A stretch of DNA of 63,191 nt, filler included, from Coriobacteriales bacterium (lineage in GTDB: Bacteria > Actinomycetota > Coriobacteriia > Coriobacteriales > UBA8131): assembly GCA_031263105.1 (NCBI GenBank). It is 6 parts of 6 records of this genome, joined end to end, with 100 filler letters (N's around TTAATTAATTAA, not from the genome) between each part and the next. Parts side by side here need not be neighbours in the genome. Positions count along the whole stretch, not along the records: positions 1 to 9,665 come from JAISGJ010000137.1; 5 more parts are not named here. The stretch is one strand, 5' to 3'. Of the stretch, positions 1 through 9,765 are shown piece after piece; positions within the stretch are counted from its first letter, which is position 1, and every line of letters begins with the position of its first letter. A program made the translations under genes and the position numbers. The notes under the pieces were generated by a model. The model was given only the letters and a program-made list of their open reading frames with translations. It did not search any database and was not told the origin of the DNA.

Positions 1-76
<76 letters not shown>

Positions 77-117
77 TGCCACAGCCGCGCGGCACATGCC
101 CAACCTGCGGGCAGCCG

Positions 118-1455
118 TCACTTCTCGGGTGTGCCCGCCGCCTCGTCGGGCACGGGCTGCGGAAGCCTGGTCACGCGAAGCAGGGAGATCCGGTTGCGGC
201 GCATCGACTGCACCTTGAAGACGTAGCCTTCGACATCGAAGCTGTCGCCGACCCGGGGCACGCTGTCTATCGTGTCGAGCAGCCAGCCGGCGATGGTCTC
301 GTAGTCCTCGTCCTCCTCCACCGGGAAGCCCAGCTCGACCGCGTCGTCCGCCGGGAGCCGTCCGTCGATGAGCCATTCGTTCTCGGACAGCTGCGTCTGG
401 TACTTGTTGTCGGGGTCGTACTCGTCGGAGATGTCGCCGACGATCTCCTCCACGATGTCCTCGACGGTGACGATGCCTGCGGTGCCCCCGTACTCGTCGA
501 CGACGATGGCAATCTGCTGATGGGAGGTCTGAAGCTCGCCCAGCAGCGGCAGGATGTCCTTGGTCTCGGGCACGAAGACCGGGGAGCGCATATAGTCCGT
601 TATCGGCTCGTCCTCGCGGTCGTCGATGAGCGGCACGAGCAGGTCCTTGACCATGGCAACGCCCACGATGCGGTCCGGGACCTCATGGAACACCGGCACG
701 CGCGAGAGGCCCGTGCCCCTCATGCGGTCGACGGTCTGCTTGACGGAGGCATCGTCCTCGATGGAGATCATGTCCACGCGCGGGGTCATGACCTCGCGCG
801 CAACCGTGTCCCCCAGGTCGAATATCTCGTGTATCATGCGCTTTTCCTCGTCAAGCAGGGTGTCCTGCTCGGTGACGAGGTACTTTATCTCGTCCTCGCT
901 TATGCTTTGGCGGTCCTCGGTGCCCTTGATGCCGAAGAGCCGCGCGACGGCATTGGTGGATGCGGAGAGCAACGTGACCAACGGGCTCGCAAGACGCTCG
1001 AAGACGCCGATAGGGCCGGCGACGCTCATTGCCGTCCGCTCGGCATTGGAAAGCGCGATGCGCTTGGGCACGAGCTCGCCGACGATGAGGCTCACATAGC
1101 TGATGACAAGGGTGATGACGACGACTGCAAGACCCGTCGAGATGGCAGAGAGCCAGCCGATGCCGAAGCCCTGAAGCCACGTGGCGATGGGCACCGAGAA
1201 GCTCGTGGCAGCGACCGCAGAGGCGCCGAAGCTCACCAAGGTGATGGCGACCTGAATGGTGGCCAAGAGGCGGTCGCTGTCTTGCGCCAGCTCAATGGCC
1301 CTTTGCGCCTTCCTTGACCGGTCTTGGGAACCCTCCTCGATCTGCTGCTGCAGGACGGCCCTGCGCGCGCTGATGAGCGCCAGTTCGGACATCGAGAAGT
1401 AGCCGTTGATAAGAATGAGCAAGAGCGTGATAAGAATATTGAACAACAGGTCCAT
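118..1455 (-). CDS. HlyC/CorC (CNNM + CBS + CorC) family membrane protein
   Basis: NGYFSMSELAL, GELVPK, VMTPR and VVDEYGGTAGIVTVEDIVEEIVG motifs; ATG at 1455 with upstream GGAGG (the track start at 1566 lies in the repeat). Confidence 0.93.
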   Translation of the reverse strand: MDLLFNILITLLLILINGYFSMSELALISARRAVLQQQIEEGSQDRSRKAQRAIELAQDSDRLLATIQVAITLVSFGASAVAATSFSVPIATWLQGFGIGWLSAISTGLAVVVITLVISYVSLIVGELVPKRIALSNAERTAMSVAGPIGVFERLASPLVTLLSASTNAVARLFGIKGTEDRQSISEDEIKYLVTEQDTLLDEEKRMIHEIFDLGDTVAREVMTPRVDMISIEDDASVKQTVDRMRGTGLSRVPVFHEVPDRIVGVAMVKDLLVPLIDDREDEPITDYMRSPVFVPETKDILPLLGELQTSHQQIAIVVDEYGGTAGIVTVEDIVEEIVGDISDEYDPDNKYQTQLSENEWLIDGRLPADDAVELGFPVEEDEDYETIAGWLLDTIDSVPRVGDSFDVEGYVFKVQSMRRNRISLLRVTRLPQPVPDEAAGTPEK

Positions 1456-1554
1456 CCGTGAAGTGTTCCTCCAAATCGAATGGAACCAGTATAGCAAACC
1501 AGACAGGAAGGGGGCGGCGCGGGGCAGGGCGACTCGTGATACACTGGAGGCATC

Positions 1555-1716
1555 GTTACTGCTCACCCCCCACTGTCATTCCGAGCCCCGCCGAGGAATC
1601 TTTGGACACGCAGTGCCCAACGGCAGGTCGGGGGGCCCTTCGACCTGTGGTCGACCGCTGGCGCGGCCGAGGATCCCTCGACAGGCTCGGGATGACAGTG
1701 GGGGGTGAGCAGTAAC
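1555..1716. mobile_element. Complete MITE-like element (162 bp) with 8-bp TSD GAGGCATC
   Basis: Perfect TIR GTTACTGCTCACCCCCCACTGTCAT/ATGACAGTGGGGGGTGAGCAGTAAC; GAGGCATC at 1547-1554 and 1717-1724. Confidence 0.92.
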
Positions 1717-1755
1717 GAGGCATCTCGTTGCAATCGTGAAGAAGGGAACCTGCCG

Positions 1756-2400
1756 GTGATTCGACCAACAACTCAACAGGAATGGCTCAACCGCGCCGCA
1801 CTCTACGAACTGCTGGCACTCGGGTTGCGTGTGCCGACGGCAGAGCTGGGAGAGGCGGTCTCGTCAGGGGAGTTCGCCGAGGCGCTGGAGGAGATCGGGG
1901 CTGCCAACGGCCTTGCAACCGCTCCCGTCGAGCAGGCGGTCGCGGACCTCGCCGGTTACAAGGGGCAAGACGTCGAGGCGCTGTTCCATCGGCTGCGCGT
2001 GGAGTACACCCGCCTGTTCGTAGGGGCGCCCGAGCCGCAGGTCTCCCCCTTCGCCGGCGTCTGGTGGGCGGGCGACCAGGGCGTCGAGCCCCTGCTGTTC
2101 GTCAACAAGCGCTCCATGGAGGTGGAGCGCTATCTCCGCGCAGTGGGCGTCGGGCGACCCGAAGGGACCAACGAGCCGCTCGACAACATCGCCACCATGT
2201 TGGAGTTCCTGCAGTATGCCGCACTGGTCTGCGCGGGATCGGTCGAGCTGCCTGAGGGCGTCGAGATAGACGCGGAGACCTCTGAGCGCTTCGCCGACGA
2301 CTTCCTGAACGACTGGCTGGGGCGCTTCGCTCTCAAGACCGCCGAGGAGACCCGCGAGCCCTTCTACCGTGCGCTTGCGAAGCTCCTTGGGCTCCTGTAG
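1756..2400 (+). CDS. TorD/DmsD family molybdoenzyme maturation chaperone
   Basis: EYTRLFVG and EPLDNIATMLEFL motifs; start GTG 1756 inferred. Confidence 0.85.
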   Translation: MIRPTTQQEWLNRAALYELLALGLRVPTAELGEAVSSGEFAEALEEIGAANGLATAPVEQAVADLAGYKGQDVEALFHRLRVEYTRLFVGAPEPQVSPFAGVWWAGDQGVEPLLFVNKRSMEVERYLRAVGVGRPEGTNEPLDNIATMLEFLQYAALVCAGSVELPEGVEIDAETSERFADDFLNDWLGRFALKTAEETREPFYRALAKLLGLL

Positions 2401-2425
2401 AATACACAGGTTCGTTATTTGACGC

Positions 2426-2502
2426 GCGCCGTTACCTCAGCTGGATAGAGGGCCTGACTACGAATCAGTACGTCGGGGGTTCGAATCCCTCACGGCGCGC
2501 CA
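2426..2502 (+). tRNA. tRNA-Arg(ACG)
   Basis: Acceptor stem GCGCCGT/ACGGCGC, anticodon loop CTACGAA, T-loop TTCGAAT, encoded CCA. Confidence 0.95.
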
Positions 2503-2662
2503 AACGCCTCATGGGGTCACAGAAACGCTGCGACTAGGCAAACAGTCCGGTGGACTGTTTGCGGGATTCGAATGGGTCAACAGTCCAGTGGACTGTTGAC
2601 AGGCGAAGCCGCGAAGCGGCGTATGAGCCTTTGGACGAGCGCTATGCGCGAACCCATGGAAC

Positions 2663-2684
2663 TCGAATCCCTCACGGCGCGCCA
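2663..2684 (+). repeat. 22-bp duplicate of the tRNA-Arg 3' end (att-like)
   Basis: TCGAATCCCTCACGGCGCGCCA identical to 2481-2502. Confidence 0.85.
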
Positions 2685-2829
2685 TAGCGGTGTAAGCTAT
2701 AAGGATGCTGAGATTCCTACTCACCTTTAGCTGCCAATACATCAGGAGGCTGCGGCTTCCGGTGATGAGAAGGAGTAGTCCAGAGCAACTCCTTTTCGCG
2801 TTTTCATGGCAATCACAGGCTCGGGTATC

Positions 2830-3546
2830 TCCCTGCTTGATGGTTCCCTTGGCGGCGCGGGTGATGCCGGTCGCGCTGCTCGCTGCCTGCCTGCCGGTTG
2901 CAGCGGTGACTTGTTTTGTGGTCGCAGCAGTGCGGGTTACCGTCTTCTGGGCAGCCTGTTTGGAAGCCCCTTGAGTGGTTTGCTGACGGGCAGTACCGCT
3001 GGCGTTTTGGGCAGATTCCACCCCCTGTTTAGCCTCCTTTGCCACATGGCGCACATCGCGGACTTTGCCTACAGCCTTGCTGGCTCCGTCTGTCGCTGCC
3101 CTTCGCACAACTCCGGTGCCGTCTCTCGCAGTCTGCTCAACCTTGCTTTGGGCATAGTCGTTACCGTTGCGGTACTGCGGCTCAGGCGGCTCGCTTCTCT
3201 CCGCAACGTCCTTGACCTTGGCGTGGGCATCGCGCACGGCGGCAAGCCCGGCCTGTCTCTTGTCCAATACCTTGATGTCCTTTACCACGTTACGGGTCGT
3301 TACTGTTCACACCCCACTGTCATCCCGTGCCTGTCGAGGGATCCTCGACCGCGCAAGCGGTCGACCGCAGGTCGAAGGGCCCTGCGACCTGCCGTTGGAC
3401 ACTGCGTGCTCCGTGGGCCTGTCGGCCCGTCCTCGCTGAAAACGCGGTGCGTTTTCCGGGCGCTCGGACCCAAGGATTCCTCGGCGGAGCTCGGAATGAC
3501 AGTGGGGGTGTGAACTGTAACTACGGGTCTTGATAGTCTTGCCCAT
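2830..3546 (-). pseudogene. 5' remnant of an ICE-type gene (resembles the N-terminus of conjugative cell-wall hydrolase proteins), split by a MITE
   Basis: Removing 3299-3521 plus one TSD gives MGKTIKTRNVVKDIKVLDK... with an AGGAG RBS; A/T/K/Q-rich region, then truncated. Family assignment is from memory. Confidence 0.6.
3299..3521. mobile_element. Complete MITE-like element with 8-bp TSD TACGGGTC and a nested ~60-bp repeat
   Basis: TIRs GTTACTGTTCAC/GTGAACTGTAAC; TACGGGTC at 3291-3298 and 3522-3529; extra insert at ~3412-3471. Confidence 0.92.
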
Positions 3547-3914
3547 AGGTACTCCTGTTCTGATTGGGATACGGCATTTGATGCATACTCACGAAGGCAA
3601 CCGTTGATGCTTGGAGACATAACTACCTTTTGAGCAGCCAGCCTTGGTTTCTGGACAATGTGAAGAGTTGGATGTTTTACAGCAACGACGACACGGACGA
3701 CCCCGACGAGTACGTCGCGGAGGATGTGAAGGGCTACTACCTCGACAAGCGCCAAGCCATAGCATGAGCATGAAGACCGTTGAGCGCAAGCAGGTATGAT
3801 GTGACCGACATCGGTCGCGAGTTCGATATGCTCAGCATCATGAGGGAGCAGTTCGCCGCTCAACAATCGCTGGACATCAGCGTCTCAGTTGACTTGGCGA
3901 CTGAGTAGCGGCCC

Positions 3915-5411
3915 TCAGTTTCGCTCGCGCCCCGTTTCGACCATCCTTTGGAGTTCTTCTTTCGAATGTACGGACAGCTTGCGATAAAGCGTCTTGGCAT
4001 ATGATGCGACGGTATTGCGAGAAAGATGCAGCGCCTCTTGGATGTATTGTCTGGATCGACCCTGCGCAAGGTAGACGAGTAATTGTTGCTCGCGTTGGGA
4101 GAGGCCGTGCCTTTCTGCCAACATCCGACAGGAGCTGTCCAGAGGATTTGCCGGAACGCTGTTGCCCTCTGGCCCATCGAGCCGCACCTCCGCATCCCTA
4201 CCATGCAGAGGCAGCATCTCTCTGGCAAAGACAAATGCACCGATCAAAATGAGTGCCGCCAGAGACTCGGAAAACGCAGTGCCGATTGTTGCAACCTGTA
4301 AGCCTCTTGCGATCAATGCTCCGACCACTAGTCCCATAAGGCTTATGCCCTGCGTCAGGCCGACAGCAAAAGAGGGCGAGTGCCATCTTTTCTTTGCGGC
4401 TATCACAAAATAAATGAACAAAAAGATCAAGATGAGGTGGTTGGCCATTACCGACAGAATGCTTGAAGCCAACATCGGATACGTGGAACCGAATACGCAG
4501 GCTATCAACGACAGAACCAAGACGGGAGAAGCAAGGCGATACACTTCAAGGAAGCTCACTCTGATGGACATGAGAATATAACTGCCGGCAATGATTGTCG
4601 CCAGCAGTATCCCCGACACCTCAATCAACGATCCCGTGAAGCCGCTGCCGAACAGGGCATGGCTGGCCACGCTCCCCGTGTAGCCGATGACGGAATACGA
4701 CACAAAGGCCAGTGCCATCGATCTCTTGAAGCTGCTCATGACGATCCGAGGAATATCGCCGGGATTGACGCCCGCAGCCTCCTTTTGGCTCGGACCCCGA
4801 TTGCTGGAAAGCGTCCTTAACAACAATATGCCACAGAGCAGCGGCATCGCAACGATGAGTGTCAAGCGGATGGGTGCATGGACGCAAGCCAACACCAGCA
4901 AGGCCAAAGCCTCGAAAATGACGCAGAGCGGAACCATGTCCTCGATCTCTTCTGTTGAAAGACGGCAGAAGGAGTCAACCCAGCCAAGCAGCAGTATCGC
5001 GTATCCGATTCCTGCTGTGACCCCTCCGATGACCATCAGGGGCAAGACCGCCCTATCCGACACAAAGACTGTGGCCATGAGGGCCGAGCCGACTGTCAGG
5101 GCAGCCGAGGCCATGAGCGTGCATCGCCTTTGCCCGACGCGCTGGGCAGCTTTAGCCCAAAGAGGAGCACAGAGCAGCGCAAGCGCAGCGGCGGCGATAA
5201 CGATGGATTTGCTCTGCAGGGGATCGGAAAACCCCTGCGAGGAGCTTGTCTCCGGATTTGCGACAAACGTCCAGATGGCATTAAGCCAAAGCCAGAGAAT
5301 GCCAAGGCCTATGTAGTCAACCTTGGAGATGCTCAATTGAAGGGGGATGACATCGGCAAAGACCCTCCGGACGGCTTTTCCGGAATCGCCTCCACTTGAC
5401 ATTCCTCTCAT
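3915..5411 (-). CDS. Multi-transmembrane LuxR-family transcriptional regulator
   Basis: About 12 hydrophobic segments plus C-terminal HTH LSQREQQLLVYLAQGRS...TVASYAKTLYRKL. Confidence 0.9.
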   Translation of the reverse strand: MRGMSSGGDSGKAVRRVFADVIPLQLSISKVDYIGLGILWLWLNAIWTFVANPETSSSQGFSDPLQSKSIVIAAAALALLCAPLWAKAAQRVGQRRCTLMASAALTVGSALMATVFVSDRAVLPLMVIGGVTAGIGYAILLLGWVDSFCRLSTEEIEDMVPLCVIFEALALLVLACVHAPIRLTLIVAMPLLCGILLLRTLSSNRGPSQKEAAGVNPGDIPRIVMSSFKRSMALAFVSYSVIGYTGSVASHALFGSGFTGSLIEVSGILLATIIAGSYILMSIRVSFLEVYRLASPVLVLSLIACVFGSTYPMLASSILSVMANHLILIFLFIYFVIAAKKRWHSPSFAVGLTQGISLMGLVVGALIARGLQVATIGTAFSESLAALILIGAFVFAREMLPLHGRDAEVRLDGPEGNSVPANPLDSSCRMLAERHGLSQREQQLLVYLAQGRSRQYIQEALHLSRNTVASYAKTLYRKLSVHSKEELQRMVETGRERN

Positions 5412-5577
5412 CTTAATTCCTTTCAGTTGGCCATAGTTTTAGCTAAGAATAATACTACACCCAAAAGGAGGGTACGAAATTCTCGAAAACCCCTAATTCG
5501 GGTGTAGTGCGATTTCCTTTGGAATTATGAAATTGACGCGGTATTATTTCTATTGACAAATGATGAAGAGGAGTTGA

Positions 5578-6684
5578 ATGAAAGTGACCGACACAAAAAA
5601 GCACCTGGAGGGACTTGCTCTGTTCTTGCTCATGGCGGTTCTGGCCGTCCTCGTCTTTACCATGGGAGGCTGCGCGAAAACAGGGCAGGTGGCACAGGGG
5701 CCCGTTGGATCAGAAGAGGAACAGGAAGCGATTCCAAAGACAAGGACGGTCGTTGACCTCTTGGGAGAATCCATCGAGGTGCCGACACAGGTCGATACCA
5801 TTGCGGCATCCTATGCGGCGGCGGAAGAAATCTTCCTCCTGCTCGGTGTGCAGGACAGAAACGTCGGGGTCAGCGACGACAATATCGAAAACGAGTGGCT
5901 GCTCAAGTTTGATCCAGGCCTTTCCGACAACGCCCGCATCTTTCCTGGCTGGGCCCTTGATCAGGAGGCTTTGCTCAAAGCCAGTCCTGACGTGGTCATC
6001 TGCCATAGCCCTGAGATAGCCGCAGAGGTGAGAAGTCTGGCGATTCCAGCTGTGTATGCTATGGGCACGGATCCTGACAGCCTGATCGCAACCATTGAAC
6101 TGACCGGCGAGATTCTCGGCGGTGATGCCGAGGCAAGGGCCAAAGGGCTGGCCGCATATTATCGAGACAACATGGAGCAGGCGACCAGCAGAACCCGTGC
6201 CCTGGATCAAGACCAGATCAAGCGGGTCTATTACACGACCGGAACCGATCCCTTGAACACAGAAGGCAAGGGCTCTATCGTCACCAGCTGGATCGAGATG
6301 GCGGGGGGCAGGAATGTCGCCGCAGATGCTGGCGTGGAAGGCATGTTCATCGATGTGGACCTCGAGGATCTCCTGGCTTGGGATCCCGAGGTCGTCATTT
6401 CCTGTGACCCTGCCGCTACCGAAGTGTTTTTAACCGACCAACGATTCGCTGAGATGAGCGCGGTAAAGAACAACGCGGTTCGCACGAGTCCTGCCGGTGC
6501 GTTTGTTTGGTGCGTGCGCAGTGCCGATGAAGCGCTGATGACGCTTTGGGCAACAACCGTCATACAGCCAGATCTATGCTCGGATATCAAGTATGAGGAT
6601 ATCGTCAGAGATTTCTACGGGCAGTTCTACCACTACGAACCTACGGATGCCGAGATCCAAGGCATACTTTGGCCTGAGCAATGA
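5578..6684 (+). CDS. Iron-chelate/cobalamin-type ABC substrate-binding lipoprotein
   Basis: Lipobox-like MGGC, TVVDLLG, IEMAGGRNVA and EDLLAWDPEVV motifs. Confidence 0.88.
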   Translation: MKVTDTKKHLEGLALFLLMAVLAVLVFTMGGCAKTGQVAQGPVGSEEEQEAIPKTRTVVDLLGESIEVPTQVDTIAASYAAAEEIFLLLGVQDRNVGVSDDNIENEWLLKFDPGLSDNARIFPGWALDQEALLKASPDVVICHSPEIAAEVRSLAIPAVYAMGTDPDSLIATIELTGEILGGDAEARAKGLAAYYRDNMEQATSRTRALDQDQIKRVYYTTGTDPLNTEGKGSIVTSWIEMAGGRNVAADAGVEGMFIDVDLEDLLAWDPEVVISCDPAATEVFLTDQRFAEMSAVKNNAVRTSPAGAFVWCVRSADEALMTLWATTVIQPDLCSDIKYEDIVRDFYGQFYHYEPTDAEIQGILWPEQ

Positions 6685-6743
6685 GCGCTTCTCTCCAAAC
6701 GGCTTATCCCCGAGATTCACAGTGACAAGCTCTGTCTTGAGGT

Positions 6744-7799
6744 ATGAGCATGCGCTTGGCTACGAAAAACCCACGAACCAAGGAGAGGCCGTCTGCCACA
6801 AAAGGCAAGGCGATTTTTCTCGGTGCTGTAGCGGCAACGGTTCTTTTGGCGGTCGCTGCCCTGTTTGTCGGCAAATACGACGTTGACGCCCTGTCGGTGT
6901 TCAGGATACTGGTATCGCCTTTCGTGGATGTGGATACGACGTGGTCCAGTGGCATGGAAACCGTGATCCTGCAGATTCGCCTGCCCAGGGTACTTGCCGC
7001 CCTGATGGTCGGCGGTGCCCTGAGCCTGTCCGGAGCGAGCTATCAAAGCGTCTTCAATAACCCGCTGGTTGCCCCCGATCTGTTGGGAGCAACCAGCGGT
7101 GCCTGTGTCGGCGCTGCCCTGGGTATCATTGCGCACGCCGGGGCGATAGGTATCCAACTCCTGGCTTTGTCCTGTGGCCTTTTGGCAGTGTTCGCGGCAA
7201 AGATGCTCTCGCAGATACTTGGGGATCGAAGCACGCTGATACTGGTGCTTTCGGGGATCGTGGTCTCAGGATTCGCGATGTCTCTTCTCGGATTGATCAA
7301 ATATGGGGCTGATCCGGAATCCGAATTGACCGAGATCGTCTACTGGCAACTCGGCAGTCTGTCCGGAGTGGAGATGCAAACGGTTCTGGCCACATTGCCC
7401 GGCATGCTCCTGGCCGTGATCTGCCTGTTGTTGATTCGCTGGAGAATCGGCCTGCTCGGGCTAGGGGACAAGCAGGCGGGCACACTGGGGGTCAATGTCA
7501 AGGCAATAAGAAATCTCACGATACTGTCTTCTACGCTCCTGACGGCTCTGGCGGTCTGCATCAGCGGAACCATAGGCTGGATCGGACTCGTGATTCCTCA
7601 TTTGTGCCGCCTGCTCGTGGGTGCAGATACCGCCAAGGTGCTTCCTCTTTCGCTGGTTGTCGGAGCATTGTTTTTACTGGTAACCGATACGATCACTCGC
7701 ACCATAACGACTGCGATACTGCCGTTAAGCGTAATAATCGGCTTCATTGGAACTCCGCTTTTCGCCTGGCTGATCTTCAGACAGAGACATTCATTATGA
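6744..7799 (+). CDS. FecCD/BtuC family ABC permease
   Basis: IRLPRVLAAL, NPLVAPDLLG and GTIGWIGLVIPH motifs. Confidence 0.92.
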   Translation: MSMRLATKNPRTKERPSATKGKAIFLGAVAATVLLAVAALFVGKYDVDALSVFRILVSPFVDVDTTWSSGMETVILQIRLPRVLAALMVGGALSLSGASYQSVFNNPLVAPDLLGATSGACVGAALGIIAHAGAIGIQLLALSCGLLAVFAAKMLSQILGDRSTLILVLSGIVVSGFAMSLLGLIKYGADPESELTEIVYWQLGSLSGVEMQTVLATLPGMLLAVICLLLIRWRIGLLGLGDKQAGTLGVNVKAIRNLTILSSTLLTALAVCISGTIGWIGLVIPHLCRLLVGADTAKVLPLSLVVGALFLLVTDTITRTITTAILPLSVIIGFIGTPLFAWLIFRQRHSL

Positions 7800-8581
7800 A
7801 AGATATGTCCCTTTCAGTGGATTCGATATCCTATGCCTATCCAAAAGGCAGACAGCTGTTTTGCGATTTGTCGTTTTCCCTTTCAGCCGGTGAGATACTT
7901 ACGGTCATCGGTCCGAACGGCATTGGGAAGTCCACCTTGCTCGATTGCCTGGCGGGGCTGATCGAGCCGGGCACTGGCTCGATCCGCTTGGAGGACACCG
8001 ACATCCTTGTGCTGTCGAAGGCGGAGTTGGCCCGACAGATCGGCTATGCCAGACAACAGTTTGTCTCGCTGCCCGGCTATTCGGTACTCGACTATGTGCT
8101 CATGGGAAGGGCGCCGCATATCAGCCTCTTCGCCTCACCGGGAGAAGGTGACCTTGCCGTGGCCAGGGACTGTCTGGATGAGCTCGGTCTTTCGCATCTT
8201 GGGAAATCCAAGCTATCGACCCTGTCTGGCGGCGAGCGCCAGCAGGTCGAGCTGGCCAGAGTGTTGGCCCAGCAACCATCCATCCTCATATTGGACGAAC
8301 CGACTGCGTCTTTGGACTTTGCAAACCAGACAAAGGTGCTGACACAGCTCAAGGAACTGGCAGCACGGAACTATATCGTTATCATAACCACACACAATCC
8401 CAACCATGCCATGGAGTTCGGGTCAAAGGTCGGATTGCTGGGTTGGCCAAAGGGAGGGTTCTCTGAGCTTGATCCCACGCAGCTTACGAGCGAGATGCTT
8501 TCGGACCTCTATGGTGTGGAAGTCAGCATCGTCAAAGCAGAGGGCTCGGAGCGGAGACTGTGCGTTGTCGGGAGCTGCTAG
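7796..8581 (+). CDS. Iron-chelate ABC ATP-binding protein
   Basis: GPNGIGKST, LSGGERQ and LDEPT motifs; ATGA overlap with the permease. Confidence 0.92.
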   Translation: MKDMSLSVDSISYAYPKGRQLFCDLSFSLSAGEILTVIGPNGIGKSTLLDCLAGLIEPGTGSIRLEDTDILVLSKAELARQIGYARQQFVSLPGYSVLDYVLMGRAPHISLFASPGEGDLAVARDCLDELGLSHLGKSKLSTLSGGERQQVELARVLAQQPSILILDEPTASLDFANQTKVLTQLKELAARNYIVIITTHNPNHAMEFGSKVGLLGWPKGGFSELDPTQLTSEMLSDLYGVEVSIVKAEGSERRLCVVGSC

Positions 8582-8666
8582 GGAGGCGCCATGCCGCTGC
8601 TGCAACGACTCAGTGGACGCTCGCAGCTCAGTGGGCGCTCGGCGGCTTCCAAGAATGTGAGGAGCT

Positions 8667-9665
8667 ATGGAAGGATTTGTCAATTGGAGACTTTTGGAAT
8701 CCCTGTCTGGATGGAACAGTAGAAAAACCCAGGAAGAGATCGCATTCTGGGATGACTGGGCCCCGAATTGGGAGAAGCGCTGCGCTCTGGAGACGGCTTT
8801 CACGGACAAACAGGTGGCGGCACTCGATATCAGGGATGAGGATACGGTGCTTGACGCCTGTTGCGGCTCAGGGCGACTGACCATCCCCTTGGCAAAAATG
8901 GCCAAACGGGTCACCGCTCTGGATTCCAGCGAACAGATGCTGGAGCTTTGTAGGCTCAAAGCCGAAGGCGAAGGACTTCACAACATCGATTATCTGAAAG
9001 CGGACTGGCACGAGCTGACACCGGGACAAAACCTGTCGGCACATGATGTCACGGTGGCCTGCATATCCCCGGCATCCTCAGATATCATCAAGCTCAGCAA
9101 GTCGGCGACAAGGCGATGCCACTCCCTGTCCTTCAGCAAGCCCTACGCCTATTGCAACGTGTTGGCGGATCTGTTCTCGGGCGTGAACGCCGAGTGGGCC
9201 GACAGCGACGAGGCACTGAGGAAGTACCAGCTTGGGCCATTCGCAAGCCGTGGATTCGATCTCAATGTCTCATTTAATGTCCTGTATGACAGCGGGGTCA
9301 ATCCGTCGATAGGCTATGTTCGGGGCGGATGGGAATACGAGTCTGACACTTTTGACGGGTTGCTCGGGCATCTCTCTGGCCTTGGCACCATTGAGAGCGG
9401 GAGAGAGGCTCTCTTTGCTGAGAACGTGCGGCGACATACCGTCAGGCTTTCCAACGGCAAACTGCTCTTTCGAACATCCACCGAAATGTACGTGCTCAGC
9501 TGGAATCCGGCGGAACTGGATGGCGCTGCTTTGTTACAGTTCACGCCCCCACGGATACCCCACTGTCATCCCGGCCCCCACTGTCATCCCGGCCCCCACT
9601 GTCATCCCGGCCCCCACTGTCATCCCGGCCCCCACTGTCATCCCGGCCCCCACTGTCATCCCGAG
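8667..9665 (+). CDS. Class I SAM-dependent methyltransferase; 3' end reads into a MITE and the contig end
   Basis: VLDACCGSG motif; no stop codon before the element starts at 9533. Confidence 0.8.
9533..9665. mobile_element. MITE terminus with 6 x 18-bp tandem units (truncated by the contig end)
   Basis: GTTACAGTTCAC...ACGGATA cap, then CCCCACTGTCATCCCGGC repeats. Confidence 0.85.
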
Positions 9666-9765
9666 NNNNNNNNNNNNNNNNNNNNNNNNNNNNNNNNNNN
9701 NNNNNNNNNTTAATTAATTAANNNNNNNNNNNNNNNNNNNNNNNNNNNNNNNNNNNNNNNNNNNN
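9666..9765. other. Artificial contig linker
   Basis: N-run with a central TTAATTAATTAA. Confidence 0.97.

Noticed and set aside
3650..3908. Acidic plus-strand reading frame (MFYSNDDTDDPDEY...)
   Set aside because: Interrupted by stops and not assignable; at most unidentifiable gene debris
9710..9721. TTAATTAATTAA motif repeated five times
   Set aside because: Synthetic all-frame stop spacer within the N linkers
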